Origin: Candidatus Taylorbacteria bacterium RIFCSPLOWO2_01_FULL_50_130
GTDB lineage: Bacteria > Patescibacteriota > Minisyncoccia > Phycocordibacterales > UBA10002
DNA length: 33,269 bases
Assembly: GCA_001821155.1 (NCBI GenBank)
Contig: MHSB01000044.1
Span: 1-33,269, forward strand
Direction: 5' to 3'
The position numbers were made by a program, and so were the translations under genes. The number at the start of each line of letters is the position of its first letter. The first letter of the stretch is position 1. Under the pieces are notes generated by a model that was given only the letters and a program-made list of their open reading frames with translations, had not been told where the DNA came from and did no database searches. Below are positions 15,389 through 23,830 of the stretch, in pieces.

Positions 15389-17296
15389 ATGTCCAAAATC
15401 ATCGGAATCGACCTCGGCACCACCTTTTCTGCGGTCGCCGTGATGGAAGGTGGAAACCCGAGAGTGCTCGAAAACGCGGAAGGAGCGCGGACAACCCCCT
15501 CGATCGTCGCGCAGTCAAAGACGGGAGAACGCCTCGTGGGGCTTCTCGCGAAGCGGCAAGCGGTAACCAATCCGAAAAACACCGTCTTTCAAATTAAAAG
15601 ATTTATGGGACACACCTTTGACGAGGAAGGAGTGCAGAAGGACGCGAAAAACGTGCCGTTTGAAACGCGTAAATCAGCAAACGGCGGCGTTGAGGTAAAA
15701 ATGAGCGATAGATGGCTCCGACCCGAAGAGGTGTCGGCCATGATTCTTCAAAAGTTGAAAAATGACGCCGAGTCGCGGCTGGGCGAGAAAATCACCGAGG
15801 CGGTTATTACCGTGCCGGCTTACTTCAATGACAGTCAGCGGCAGGCAACTAAGGATGCTGGAAAAATCGCCGGCCTCGATGTGAAGAGAATCATCAATGA
15901 ACCAACGGCGGCCGCGCTCGCGTACGGCTTTAACAAGAAAAAAGATGAAAAGATAGCGGTATTCGACTTCGGCGGCGGCACATTCGACATTTCCATTTTG
16001 GAGGTTGGCGACGACGTGATAGAAGTTAAATCAACGGATGGCGACTCCCACCTCGGCGGCCGCGACATTGACCACACAATCGTCGCGTGGCTGTCCGACG
16101 CCTTCGCCAGGGAAAACGGTATTGACCTGCGCAAAGACCCTCTCGCGCTCCAGAGATTGGATGAAGCGGCCGAGAAAGCAAAAATTGAGCTTTCCGCGGC
16201 CGTTCAAACCGAGATCAACATCCCCTTTATCACTTCCGGAGCCGACGGGCCTAAGCATCTTTTGGTGACGATGACCCGCGCCAAGCTTGAAGAATTGACG
16301 CGGGAGTTTATTGACCGGGCCATGACCATCACCCGGCGGGCGATGGAAGCCAGTCCGTTCAAGGTCAACGAAATAGATGAGGTGGTGCTCGTTGGCGGCC
16401 AGACCAGAATGCCCGCGATTCAGAAAGCGGTGGAAGATTTCTTCAAGAGGGAACCGCACATGGGCGTTAATCCCGACGAAGTGGTGGCGGTAGGCGCGGC
16501 GATTCAAGGCGGCATTTTAGGCGGCGACGTGCGTGACGTGCTTCTGCTTGACGTGATCCCGCTCTCTCTTGGGATTGAGACGCTCGGCGGCGTGGCGACC
16601 AAACTGATTGAAAAAAATACGACTGTTCCTACGGCGCGAACGCAGGTGTTTTCCACCGCGGCCGACAATCAAACCTCGGTGGAAATCCACATCACCCAAG
16701 GTGAGCGCGCCATGGCCGCTGACAATAAGTCGCTCGGGAAATTCATCTTGGACGGCATTCCGCCGGCGCCGCGAGGGCTTCCCCAGGTGGAGGTAACCTT
16801 TGACGTTGACGCCAACGGAATCCTGAATGTTACGGCAAAAGACAAGGCGACCGGCAAGGCCAACTCCATTAAAATTACTGCCTCGTCGGGTCTTTCCAAA
16901 GATGAGGTGGAGAAAATGAAAAAGGAAGCAGCCGTGCATGAAGCGGATGACAAGATTAGACGGGAAGGAGTAGAAGCCAAAAATATCGCCGAGCAATTGA
17001 TTTATACTTCCGAAAAGGCATTGAAAGATGCGGGAGAAAAAGCGCCGGCCGAACTTCGGAAGACGATTGAAGACAAAATCTCCGACATAACACGCGCCAA
17101 AGACGCAATGCCGATTGATACTAACGCGCTTAAAATCGCGTCAGAAGCGCTCTCCAGCGAAATACAGAAAATCGGGCAGTATATAAGCCAAGCCAACCAG
17201 CAACCGGAAAAAGACGAAGGCGGGAAGGGGCCTAATCCTCATGGGGAGGACGACCAAGGAAATGTGAAGGATGCGGAATTCAAAGAAAAAAAATAA
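15389..17296 (+). CDS. dnaK: Chaperone DnaK (Hsp70)
   Basis: [36 protein letters not shown]. Start at ATG 15389; the longer track ORF starts inside the MITE. Confidence 0.98.
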   Translation: MSKIIGIDLGTTFSAVAVMEGGNPRVLENAEGARTTPSIVAQSKTGERLVGLLAKRQAVTNPKNTVFQIKRFMGHTFDEEGVQKDAKNVPFETRKSANGGVEVKMSDRWLRPEEVSAMILQKLKNDAESRLGEKITEAVITVPAYFNDSQRQATKDAGKIAGLDVKRIINEPTAAALAYGFNKKKDEKIAVFDFGGGTFDISILEVGDDVIEVKSTDGDSHLGGRDIDHTIVAWLSDAFARENGIDLRKDPLALQRLDEAAEKAKIELSAAVQTEINIPFITSGADGPKHLLVTMTRAKLEELTREFIDRAMTITRRAMEASPFKVNEIDEVVLVGGQTRMPAIQKAVEDFFKREPHMGVNPDEVVAVGAAIQGGILGGDVRDVLLLDVIPLSLGIETLGGVATKLIEKNTTVPTARTQVFSTAADNQTSVEIHITQGERAMAADNKSLGKFILDGIPPAPRGLPQVEVTFDVDANGILNVTAKDKATGKANSIKITASSGLSKDEVEKMKKEAAVHEADDKIRREGVEAKNIAEQLIYTSEKALKDAGEKAPAELRKTIEDKISDITRAKDAMPIDTNALKIASEALSSEIQKIGQYISQANQQPEKDEGGKGPNPHGEDDQGNVKDAEFKEKK

Positions 17297-17310
17297 GAGA
17301 AGACAGCAAC

Positions 17311-17344
17311 TGTTGAAATCAGATATCAACATCTGATTTCAACA
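17311..17344. repeat. Perfect 14-bp hairpin after dnaK (REP-like)
   Basis: TGTTGAAATCAGAT-atcaac-ATCTGATTTCAACA. Confidence 0.7.
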
Positions 17345-17376
17345 CAACAACCTTTGGGCCGGAAACTGAAGCTGAC

Positions 17377-17411
17377 ATAAAAACGGCATCTCCAAAATTG
17401 ACGGAGATGCC
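17377..17411 (-). terminator. Rho-independent terminator, possibly bidirectional
   Basis: GGCATCTCC-N9-GGAGATGCC; on the minus strand followed by GTTTTTAT. Confidence 0.6.
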
Positions 17412-17448
17412 TTCTGGGAAGGTGGAGTCTGGCAAAGACAACTATTTT

Positions 17449-17622
17449 CTAGCTCATGTCCATTCTTCTGCGCTCTGACTGCTCCAATCTTTTGAGCCAC
17501 TGTTTTCGCGGTATTCGCCCGTCGAACATTCTCTGGATTGCCTTCCAAGCGTGTTCGGAGAGAGGACGCTCTGCGTTATTCGCCTTTCCATTCGGAAAAG
17601 TAGCTGACGAATGATTTTTCAT
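17449..17622 (-). CDS. Small 57-aa hypothetical protein (below ORF-track cutoff)
   Basis: MKNHSSATFPNGKANNAERPLSEHAWKAIQRMFDGRIPRKQWLKRLEQSERRRMDMS*; upstream AAAGGCGG and TGcTATACT; downstream terminator. Confidence 0.5.
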   Translation of the reverse strand: MKNHSSATFPNGKANNAERPLSEHAWKAIQRMFDGRIPRKQWLKRLEQSERRRMDMS

Positions 17623-17841
17623 AAGTTGTGAGCCGCCTTTTCACGGCCGAGTTTGCCCAATGAACTGCTGTACATATAGAAGTATAGCATATGATGATGC
17701 GCGCAGGTGCTGCGACATTCGACTATCCTGTACATATACTTGCATGTTGGGAGATAACTCTTTAAACTAGTCCTATATCAAAAAGTACCCCTTGGAATCG
17801 AAAGCGGTCATGGAGGATGCTAAATTTTAATTGCAATAATC

Positions 17842-18924
17842 ATGAGCAAGGATTACTACAATATCCTCGGAGTGGATAAAGCCGCCTCGAAGGAGGAAAT
17901 AAAAAAAGCGTTCCGGAATTTGGCGCACAAATATCATCCCGACAAGAAGGACGGCGACGAAAAGAAATTCAAGGAGGCCAACGAGGCCTACTCGGTTCTT
18001 TCCGATGATAAAAAACGCGCCGAGTACGATTCCTACGGCCGAGTTTTTTCAGGAGGAGCTGGGAGAAGCGCGGGACCAGATGGTTTTGAGGGATTTGATT
18101 TCTCAAACTTCGCTTCCGGACAGGGATTTGGCGCGAGTGGCTTTGAGTTTGACCTCGGAAACATTTTTGGCGATTTCTTCGGCGGAGCGCGGGAGAGAGC
18201 GCGCCGCGGCAGAGATATTTCAATTGACGTGGAGCTTTCCTTCCATGACGCGGTCTTCGGAACGGAACGGCGAATACTCATCAACAAGACAGCCGCCTGT
18301 GACGTTTGCCGGGGGAGCGGCGCAAAGCCGGGAGCGTCGGAAGAAACCTGCGGCATCTGTAACGGCAAAGGTAAAATTCGCGAGAGTCGGCGCTCCATAT
18401 TCGGTCACGTTCAAACCACGAGAGTTTGCGGAGAGTGCGGCGGCAGCGGCAAGGTTCCGTCGGAAGCCTGCGCCGTGTGCGGCGGAGAGGGCGTCGCGCG
18501 AAAGGAACAGGAGGTTCTCGTAAGGATTCCGGCTGGCATAGAAAACGGAGAAGTGATACGGCTTGGCGGCGTCGGAGAAGCCATAAAAGACGGAACCGCC
18601 GGCGATTTGTACGTAAAAGTGCATGTTGCCAAGCACCCTCTTTTTAGGCGCGAAAAGAGCAACTTGCTTATGGACCTTTCCGTGAAGCTCACGAGTGCGC
18701 TCCTCGGCGATGAATATTCCATCCCCACGCTTGACGGCAACATAACCATTAAAATACCCGAAGGCATCAGACATGGAGAGATTCTGCGTCTGCGCGGCAG
18801 AGGCGTTCCAATAGACAGAAGCAGGCGAGGAGATGTGCTCATCAAAATATACATTGACATACCGAGCAAACTCGCTAAGGAAGCGAAGAAATTGATTGAG
18901 GAGCTTAAAAAGCAGGGGATATAG
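17842..18924 (+). CDS. dnaJ: Chaperone DnaJ
   Basis: [13 protein letters not shown]-rich region, four CxxCxGxG repeats. Confidence 0.98.
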   Translation: MSKDYYNILGVDKAASKEEIKKAFRNLAHKYHPDKKDGDEKKFKEANEAYSVLSDDKKRAEYDSYGRVFSGGAGRSAGPDGFEGFDFSNFASGQGFGASGFEFDLGNIFGDFFGGARERARRGRDISIDVELSFHDAVFGTERRILINKTAACDVCRGSGAKPGASEETCGICNGKGKIRESRRSIFGHVQTTRVCGECGGSGKVPSEACAVCGGEGVARKEQEVLVRIPAGIENGEVIRLGGVGEAIKDGTAGDLYVKVHVAKHPLFRREKSNLLMDLSVKLTSALLGDEYSIPTLDGNITIKIPEGIRHGEILRLRGRGVPIDRSRRGDVLIKIYIDIPSKLAKEAKKLIEELKKQGI

Positions 18925-18943
18925 CTCTCGGCGAGGCGCTAAA

Positions 18944-19957
18944 ATGCGAACTGCCGTATTGACACTTTTTTTAGTTGCGGCCGCCTTCGGGGTTGTGGCG
19001 TTTGTCGTTTTACAACCCTCTTTTTCATTTCAAGCTGGAGGGGGACAGGGTGCTGGCGATACAGCAAAGAGGCGGGCACCTAGCGTAGTTTTGATGCTGT
19101 TCGCCGGTGACATCATGCTTTCACGGAAAATTGGCGGGATAATGAAGGAAAAAGGGGACTATCGATTTCATTTCCTGAAGATTGCCTCAACGACCCTACG
19201 CGCGGACATTTCGTTTGCGAATTTAGAAAGCCCATTATCGTCTCGCGGAACAAAATCAGGAAGCGCGTATTCGTTCAGAGCAGAACCGATGGCAGTGGAG
19301 GGTTTGACGTTTGCGGGTTTTGATGTGCTTTCAGTTGCGAATAATCACCTATTTGATTACGGGGAGAAAGCGCTACGCGACACCCTCTCCATTCTTTCCG
19401 AAAATGACATTGCGGCGATCGGCGCCGGAGAAACCTTCCAAGACGCACATGCGCCGAGAGTGATGAAGGTAGGAAGGACGCGGATAGCGTTTCTCGCCTA
19501 TTCCAATCTTTCCGTACCGTTTCTGGGGCGCGCCAGCTCATCGCCGGCCATCGCTTCATTTGACGATGAAATTTTAAGAGGCGACATCGCCCGCGCGCGA
19601 GAGATTGCGGACACGGTCGTCGTGTCGCTGCATTGGGGAGAAGAATATGAGACAAAGCACAATGCCGGGCAAACGCGCGTGGCGAGACTTTTGGTAGACG
19701 CTGGCGCGAATATCGTCATCGGCCACCATCCGCATGTAGTCCAGGAAATTGAAAGATACAACGGCGGCCTCATTGCGTATAGTTTGGGGAATTTTATATT
19801 CGACCAAAATTTTTCGGAAGAGACGGGAAAGGGTCTCGTCTTGCTCGTTACGCTCTCGGAAGGACGCGTTGCCGACGTGACGGCGCAGGAGGTGATGTTT
19901 ACTCGCGACTACCAGCCCTACTTTATGGAGGCCAAGAAAGCAGAAACAGCGGAGTAG
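18944..19957 (+). CDS. CapA (PGA_cap) family metallophosphoesterase, membrane-anchored
   Basis: GDIML, NLE, ANNH, HWGEE, GHHPHV, YSLGNFIFDQ; N-terminal TM. Start at ATG 18944. Confidence 0.9.
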   Translation: MRTAVLTLFLVAAAFGVVAFVVLQPSFSFQAGGGQGAGDTAKRRAPSVVLMLFAGDIMLSRKIGGIMKEKGDYRFHFLKIASTTLRADISFANLESPLSSRGTKSGSAYSFRAEPMAVEGLTFAGFDVLSVANNHLFDYGEKALRDTLSILSENDIAAIGAGETFQDAHAPRVMKVGRTRIAFLAYSNLSVPFLGRASSSPAIASFDDEILRGDIARAREIADTVVVSLHWGEEYETKHNAGQTRVARLLVDAGANIVIGHHPHVVQEIERYNGGLIAYSLGNFIFDQNFSEETGKGLVLLVTLSEGRVADVTAQEVMFTRDYQPYFMEAKKAETAE

Positions 19958-20102
19958 TTTCCTGACTATTATTTCCTGTTCTACCAGAGTCTCTTTGCTT
20001 AGGCGGCAAAATCTGCTACCATAGCGCAGTGGGTAGAGAGTAAGGCGGGATGCAGTATAACGGTAGCTCCGAAGTAGAACCTCTGCCCGCCATTGAGAGA
20101 GC

Positions 20103-20173
20103 CGGAGTATAGTATAGTGGCAGTATACACGCTTCGGGTGCGTGAGGTCTCGGTTCGATTCCGAGTACTCCGA
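20103..20173 (+). tRNA. tRNA-Pro (anticodon CGG), CCA not encoded
   Basis: Acceptor CGGAGTA/TACTCCG plus A; anticodon arm CACGC-TTCGGGT-GCGTG; T arm CTCGG-TTCGATT-CCGAG. Confidence 0.92.
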
Positions 20174-20192
20174 GAGGTAGAAGCAATGAGAC

Positions 20193-20492
20193 ATGAAGAC
20201 GCTACTCACTACAGTCGCCATGGTTATTGTCGCCGCCGCTGTCGCGTTCGCGGCTTGGAAATTGTACGACCGATTGGTGTTAAACGCCTCGCGCGGACAG
20301 ACAGAATCAGCCGATGAAACCGTTACCGGAGATTTCCCCGGTTTTGACGGGGGAGACGATACCTTGTTTGAAGATGCGAACGTCATTATTGACAGTGATG
20401 AGGTGTATGAAGACTTTAGCTTGCCGGACGAGGGAATCGAGCCGACACAACCGGATGATGACGGGGCAGATTTTGAGGGCGTCGGCTTTTAG
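20193..20492 (+). CDS. Hypothetical protein with N-terminal TM anchor and very acidic tail
   Basis: Hydrophobic residues 4-22, then D/E-rich sequence; co-oriented between tRNA and exonuclease. Confidence 0.65.
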   Translation: MKTLLTTVAMVIVAAAVAFAAWKLYDRLVLNASRGQTESADETVTGDFPGFDGGDDTLFEDANVIIDSDEVYEDFSLPDEGIEPTQPDDDGADFEGVGF

Positions 20493-20517
20493 CATATATA
20501 ATTGAATTTTCGAAAAT

Positions 20518-21111
20518 ATGATTATCGCAGACGTGGAAACAACCGGCGTGGATTCGCGTCTGTGTTCACTCGTATCCATTGGAGCGGTAGAATTTGATAG
20601 TCCCAACAATCAATTTTACGTGGAATGCCGCGCGTTCGAAGGTGCGCACATAGAGCGGGAAGCGCTTGTAATTGCCGGATTTACCGCAACGGAGATAAAT
20701 GACGCAAGCAAAAAAACCGATAGGGAAGCGGTAGAAGCATTTTTAACGTGGATGAAAACGTGCAGAGAATGGACCCTGACGGGACAAAATCCATCTTTTG
20801 ACCGCGATTTTTTGCAAGAGACCGCGCACCGCTACCATATAAACTGGCCATTCGCGCACCGTACCGTCGACCTCCACACCATTGCATATGAGCGATTCTG
20901 CAGAATGGGGAAGAAGATACCGCGCAAGAACAATCATTCCGCGCTTAACCTTGATTGCATTTTGGAGTATGTGGGACTGCCGACGAGGGGACATGCTCAC
21001 AATGCCCTTGAAGACGCAAAACTTGAGGGGGAGGCTCTCTCACGGCTTATATACGGGAAAAACCTCCTCACATGCTACGAGAAGTTTCCCATTCGAAACG
21101 CGCATGAATAA
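20518..21111 (+). CDS. DEDDh 3'-5' exonuclease (DnaQ-like)
   Basis: ADVETTG, QNPSFDRDF, HNALEDA. Confidence 0.9.
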   Translation: MIIADVETTGVDSRLCSLVSIGAVEFDSPNNQFYVECRAFEGAHIEREALVIAGFTATEINDASKKTDREAVEAFLTWMKTCREWTLTGQNPSFDRDFLQETAHRYHINWPFAHRTVDLHTIAYERFCRMGKKIPRKNNHSALNLDCILEYVGLPTRGHAHNALEDAKLEGEALSRLIYGKNLLTCYEKFPIRNAHE

Positions 21112-21294
21112 ACACGAAAAAGATTGGGAGTCCATCATTGTGGGACTTACACACCTGGTTCTTATTCCTCCTATCATTACCAATCATTACTAAAGCGTCC
21201 CGATTCTTGCGCTGAAGATTCCGATATACGCCCCTGTTAGGGCGCATGCGGGCACTGGTCGAAATAAAGAGCCGTTGAAAAAGGCGGAGAAGAA

Positions 21295-21323
21295 TTGACA
21301 GGATATCGGAATTGTGCTAATAT
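21295..21323 (+). promoter_or_regulatory. Near-consensus sigma70 promoter
   Basis: TTGACA-N17-TAATAT with extended TG. Confidence 0.75.
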
Positions 21324-21417
21324 CGTGGGCACCAATCAGACGTGAGTCTGGTTGTTGTTTTTAATCATCAGACGACGCAAAGCGAACCTCGCTCTGCGCC
21401 GGAAGATGCCCGCGATT

Positions 21418-21891
21418 ATGACAATAGAACTGCTAACGACTGCAACATTTCTTCTCTCCACATTCTATGGCGCTTCTGCTCCCGCAAAGACGGATGCTAA
21501 TTTTGAGATGCCGCCTTCCGAAGCCCGACAAACGGTCTTAGCCGATAGACCGCTTACGCTGGAGCAATACGTGCGCGAATACTTCAGAGATACGCCTATT
21601 CTGGCCGAGATAGCGCAGTGCGAGTCTCGCTTCCGGCACCTTGGTAAGGGCGGTGTGGTGCTACGTGGAAAAATGACCGTTGAGGACCTCGGCGTGATGC
21701 AGATTAACGAGTTTTACCACGAAGACACCGCGAAGACGCTCGGTCTTGATCTGCATACGCTTGACGGAAACCTGGCGTACGCAAAGTGGCTCTACACAAA
21801 GGAAGGTCTAACCCCGTGGCTTTCATCTTCGAAATGCTGGAAAAAATCTGAGCATCTGGCCGCTGTAAAAGCGCCGGCAACTGCCAATTAA
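21418..21891 (+). CDS. Secreted lytic transglycosylase-like (SLT/lysozyme-like fold) protein
   Basis: Signal-like N-terminus; IAQCES (catalytic Glu), GVMQIN, NLAYAKWLY, PW. Start uncertain. Confidence 0.75.
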   Translation: MTIELLTTATFLLSTFYGASAPAKTDANFEMPPSEARQTVLADRPLTLEQYVREYFRDTPILAEIAQCESRFRHLGKGGVVLRGKMTVEDLGVMQINEFYHEDTAKTLGLDLHTLDGNLAYAKWLYTKEGLTPWLSSSKCWKKSEHLAAVKAPATAN

Positions 21892-21893
21892 AC

Positions 21894-21920
21894 AAAAACT
21901 CCGCGTCAAACGGGGTTTTT
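21894..21920 (+). terminator. Rho-independent terminator (bidirectional form)
   Basis: AAAAACTCCG-cgtcaaa-CGGGGTTTTT directly after the stop. Confidence 0.7.
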
Positions 21921-21935
21921 GCTACCTTTTACATT

Positions 21936-22110
21936 GAGATGGTTACAAAACTATTCTTGCTTCAATTTGTCCTTTTTGTCCGATACTTCGTCAAGCTAGC
22001 GCAAAATGATTTTCGTCGTAGCCGGGCTACGCCTCAATCATTTTGCTGGCTTTCCTCGTCTCGAACAAAAAGTCCTAAATTTCGCTTAAAAATAGTTTTG
22101 TAACCATCTC
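21936..22110. mobile_element. 175-bp MITE forming a rod-like hairpin
   Basis: Perfect 20-bp TIR GAGATGGTTACAAAACTATT; ATT on both flanks; inner GCAAAATGATT/AATCATTTTGC and CGTAGC/GCTACG stems. Confidence 0.8.
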
Positions 22111-22129
22111 ATTTTCATTTTACTCTCTT

Positions 22130-22336
22130 TTAATGACTCGCCAGAACTCCCTGCCTTCCTAGGCAGGGATGAATGGCGGGTCAGCGAAAGGGGTCGGGGA
22201 AACTGTAGTTTCCCCGTGGAGGAGAGCAGTGAGCGAGTCTGCGAGCGAGCGTTGAGAACCGAGGGTTCTTAAAGGAAACTCCGCTCGCCGAACGCCCTGT
22301 GCTCCTGCACAGGGATAGGACGAGCGGAGTTTACGA
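22130..22336. mobile_element. 207-bp non-autonomous IS200/IS605-like (PATE-like) element, copy 1
   Basis: Identical by eye to 25292-25498; two homologous subterminal hairpins CCCTG-nnn-TCCT-nnn-CAGGG; no TIR or TSD. Confidence 0.75.
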
Positions 22337-22458
22337 GGGTGGAACTTCTTATTATGAGTACTCCTGCGTACTTATCTGATGCGTGAACATAGCGAGTGGT
22401 CGTTGGCGAAAGGAGTGCGCCGAGGTGAAGACGATGATGCCAAGGGAGACCTTTTTGA

Positions 22459-23406
22459 TTAGAGTCCTTCCCCTCCATGAAATTTCTTATGAATATCTCG
22501 CAAGTGCTTTGAAGTAACGTGTGTATACATTTGAGTCGTTGCGATATTACGATGACCTAGAAACTCCTGCACGATACGAAGGTCAACGCCTTTATTCATC
22601 AGGTCGGTTGCAAACGAATGTCGAAGGGTGTGGGGCGTTGCTAAAAAAGGGGTCCCAGCCATTTTGGAGTATTTTTCCACAATCAACTCAACCCCACGAA
22701 CGGAAATGCGCTTGGAACTCTTTTTCGGGCCCTTAAAATTGATAAAAAGGGCTTCGTCGTCATCCTGACGCTTTTGAATATACTTCTTAAGCCAACGAAG
22801 CGCTCGGTCCGAAAAATAAACCACTCGCGGGTATCCGCCTTTGCCAATTACGCCTAGCTCAAAGTCATTCTTGTTCAGAGCACTCGTTAGCTGCTTAGTA
22901 TTGAGCGCGGTAAGCTCTGCAACACGAAGTCCTGTGCTAAAAAGCGTCTCCAGAATCGCTCGATCACGAAGTCCAGCCAATGTTTCGACATTAGATGATT
23001 CAAAAAGACGGCGAAGCTGTTCTATATTCAAAAACTTGATAAGACGCTCCTTGTGGTCCTTCGGAAGTTTAATTTTTTCCGTGGGAAGCGTCTGGATATT
23101 CTTCTCATGAAAGTAGGACAAAAATGACCGGAGCGCTATGAGATAGCGTATCTGTGTAGAAGCGTGGAGGGTCGGAAAGGCGCGACGGACGATATTAGGG
23201 CGCCTCGAGAGCCAAACGCGATACTTGGATACATGACTCTCGGTTAAATCTTCGGGAGAAAGACGTTCCAATTTTTGTTCCTTCAACCACGAAAAAAATT
23301 TTTGTACGAAACGCGAGTAACTTTTTACCGTGTTCAGGGAGAGTCCTTTTTCCACCTCACAGTACTCAAGAAAATCATTTAGATGTTGGGGAAGCGGTTT
23401 GCTCAT
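22459..23406 (-). CDS. XerC/XerD-like tyrosine recombinase
   Basis: N-terminal FLEYCEVEKGLSLNTVKSY; RDRAILETLFSTGLRVAEL, GKG, TPHTLRHSFAT, LGH, TTQMYTHV. Start may be 23406 or 23433. Confidence 0.92.
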   Translation of the reverse strand: MSKPLPQHLNDFLEYCEVEKGLSLNTVKSYSRFVQKFFSWLKEQKLERLSPEDLTESHVSKYRVWLSRRPNIVRRAFPTLHASTQIRYLIALRSFLSYFHEKNIQTLPTEKIKLPKDHKERLIKFLNIEQLRRLFESSNVETLAGLRDRAILETLFSTGLRVAELTALNTKQLTSALNKNDFELGVIGKGGYPRVVYFSDRALRWLKKYIQKRQDDDEALFINFKGPKKSSKRISVRGVELIVEKYSKMAGTPFLATPHTLRHSFATDLMNKGVDLRIVQEFLGHRNIATTQMYTHVTSKHLRDIHKKFHGGEGL

Positions 23407-23429
23407 AGCATCTTTTTTATAAGGCCTAT

Positions 23430-23457
23430 ACATGGATTAACCTACATTATACGAGGT
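23430..23457. other. Candidate dif-like recombination site (11-6-11)
   Basis: ACATGGATTAA-CCTACA-TTATACGAGGT; arms 7/11 inverted identity, TAA-N6-TTA core. Confidence 0.4.
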
Positions 23458-23474
23458 ATGGTATCTACTGACAA
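23446..23474 (-). promoter_or_regulatory. Sigma70 promoter of the xer gene
   Basis: Minus strand TTGTCA-N17-TATAAT. Confidence 0.7.
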
Positions 23475-23480
23475 CTCGCA

Positions 23481-23489
23481 TTATCCACA
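23481..23489 (+). promoter_or_regulatory. Consensus DnaA box
   Basis: TTATCCACA, 6 nt upstream of the xer -35; single copy. Confidence 0.4.
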
Positions 23490-23515
23490 CCCATTGTCGC
23501 TCTTTCCCCTCCTCT

Positions 23516-23830
23516 TTAGAACTCCGGGAGAAGTCCTCTAATTTTGTTCCCCATCCAAAGCGTCGGAGTAACAATTGCGGTGTTCCAGATTTTTAAAATA
23601 ATTCCCCGCGCATGGGAAAGATTTTCGCGCGCCTTCGATGAGCTGATGACATCGCGCAGGTTGTATCCGAAAGATCCAAGCGCAATGGTGCCATGACGAT
23701 AAATAAGAGGTATAGTTTTGGTAAATCCTTCCCTGCTCCGCTTTACGAAGTCCTTGTTCGTGATTTTGAGGTTAAGATTTGCGATTTGCTTTGGTTTGGA
23801 AACTGTGATTTGGCGCTTTCCCACTATCAT
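23516..23830 (-). CDS. Hypothetical basic protein
   Basis: ATGA overlap with the M23 gene stop; no recognisable motif. Confidence 0.45.
   Translation of the reverse strand: MIVGKRQITVSKPKQIANLNLKITNKDFVKRSREGFTKTIPLIYRHGTIALGSFGYNLRDVISSSKARENLSHARGIILKIWNTAIVTPTLWMGNKIRGLLPEF

Noticed and set aside
17668..17743. Canonical LexA SOS boxes
   Set aside because: Only the CTGT half is present; no ACAG at the required spacing.
19574..20386. Long antisense ORFs in the track (270 aa here; also 11742-12524, 32467-33126)
   Set aside because: They overlap well-supported genes or a tRNA on the opposite strand and have no motifs; shadow ORFs.
21104..21193. 29-aa ORF overlapping the exonuclease stop
   Set aside because: Too short, with no motif or independent support.
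23481..23489. Replication origin from the DnaA box
   Set aside because: Single box, no cluster or dnaA gene, and genes converge rather than diverge here.
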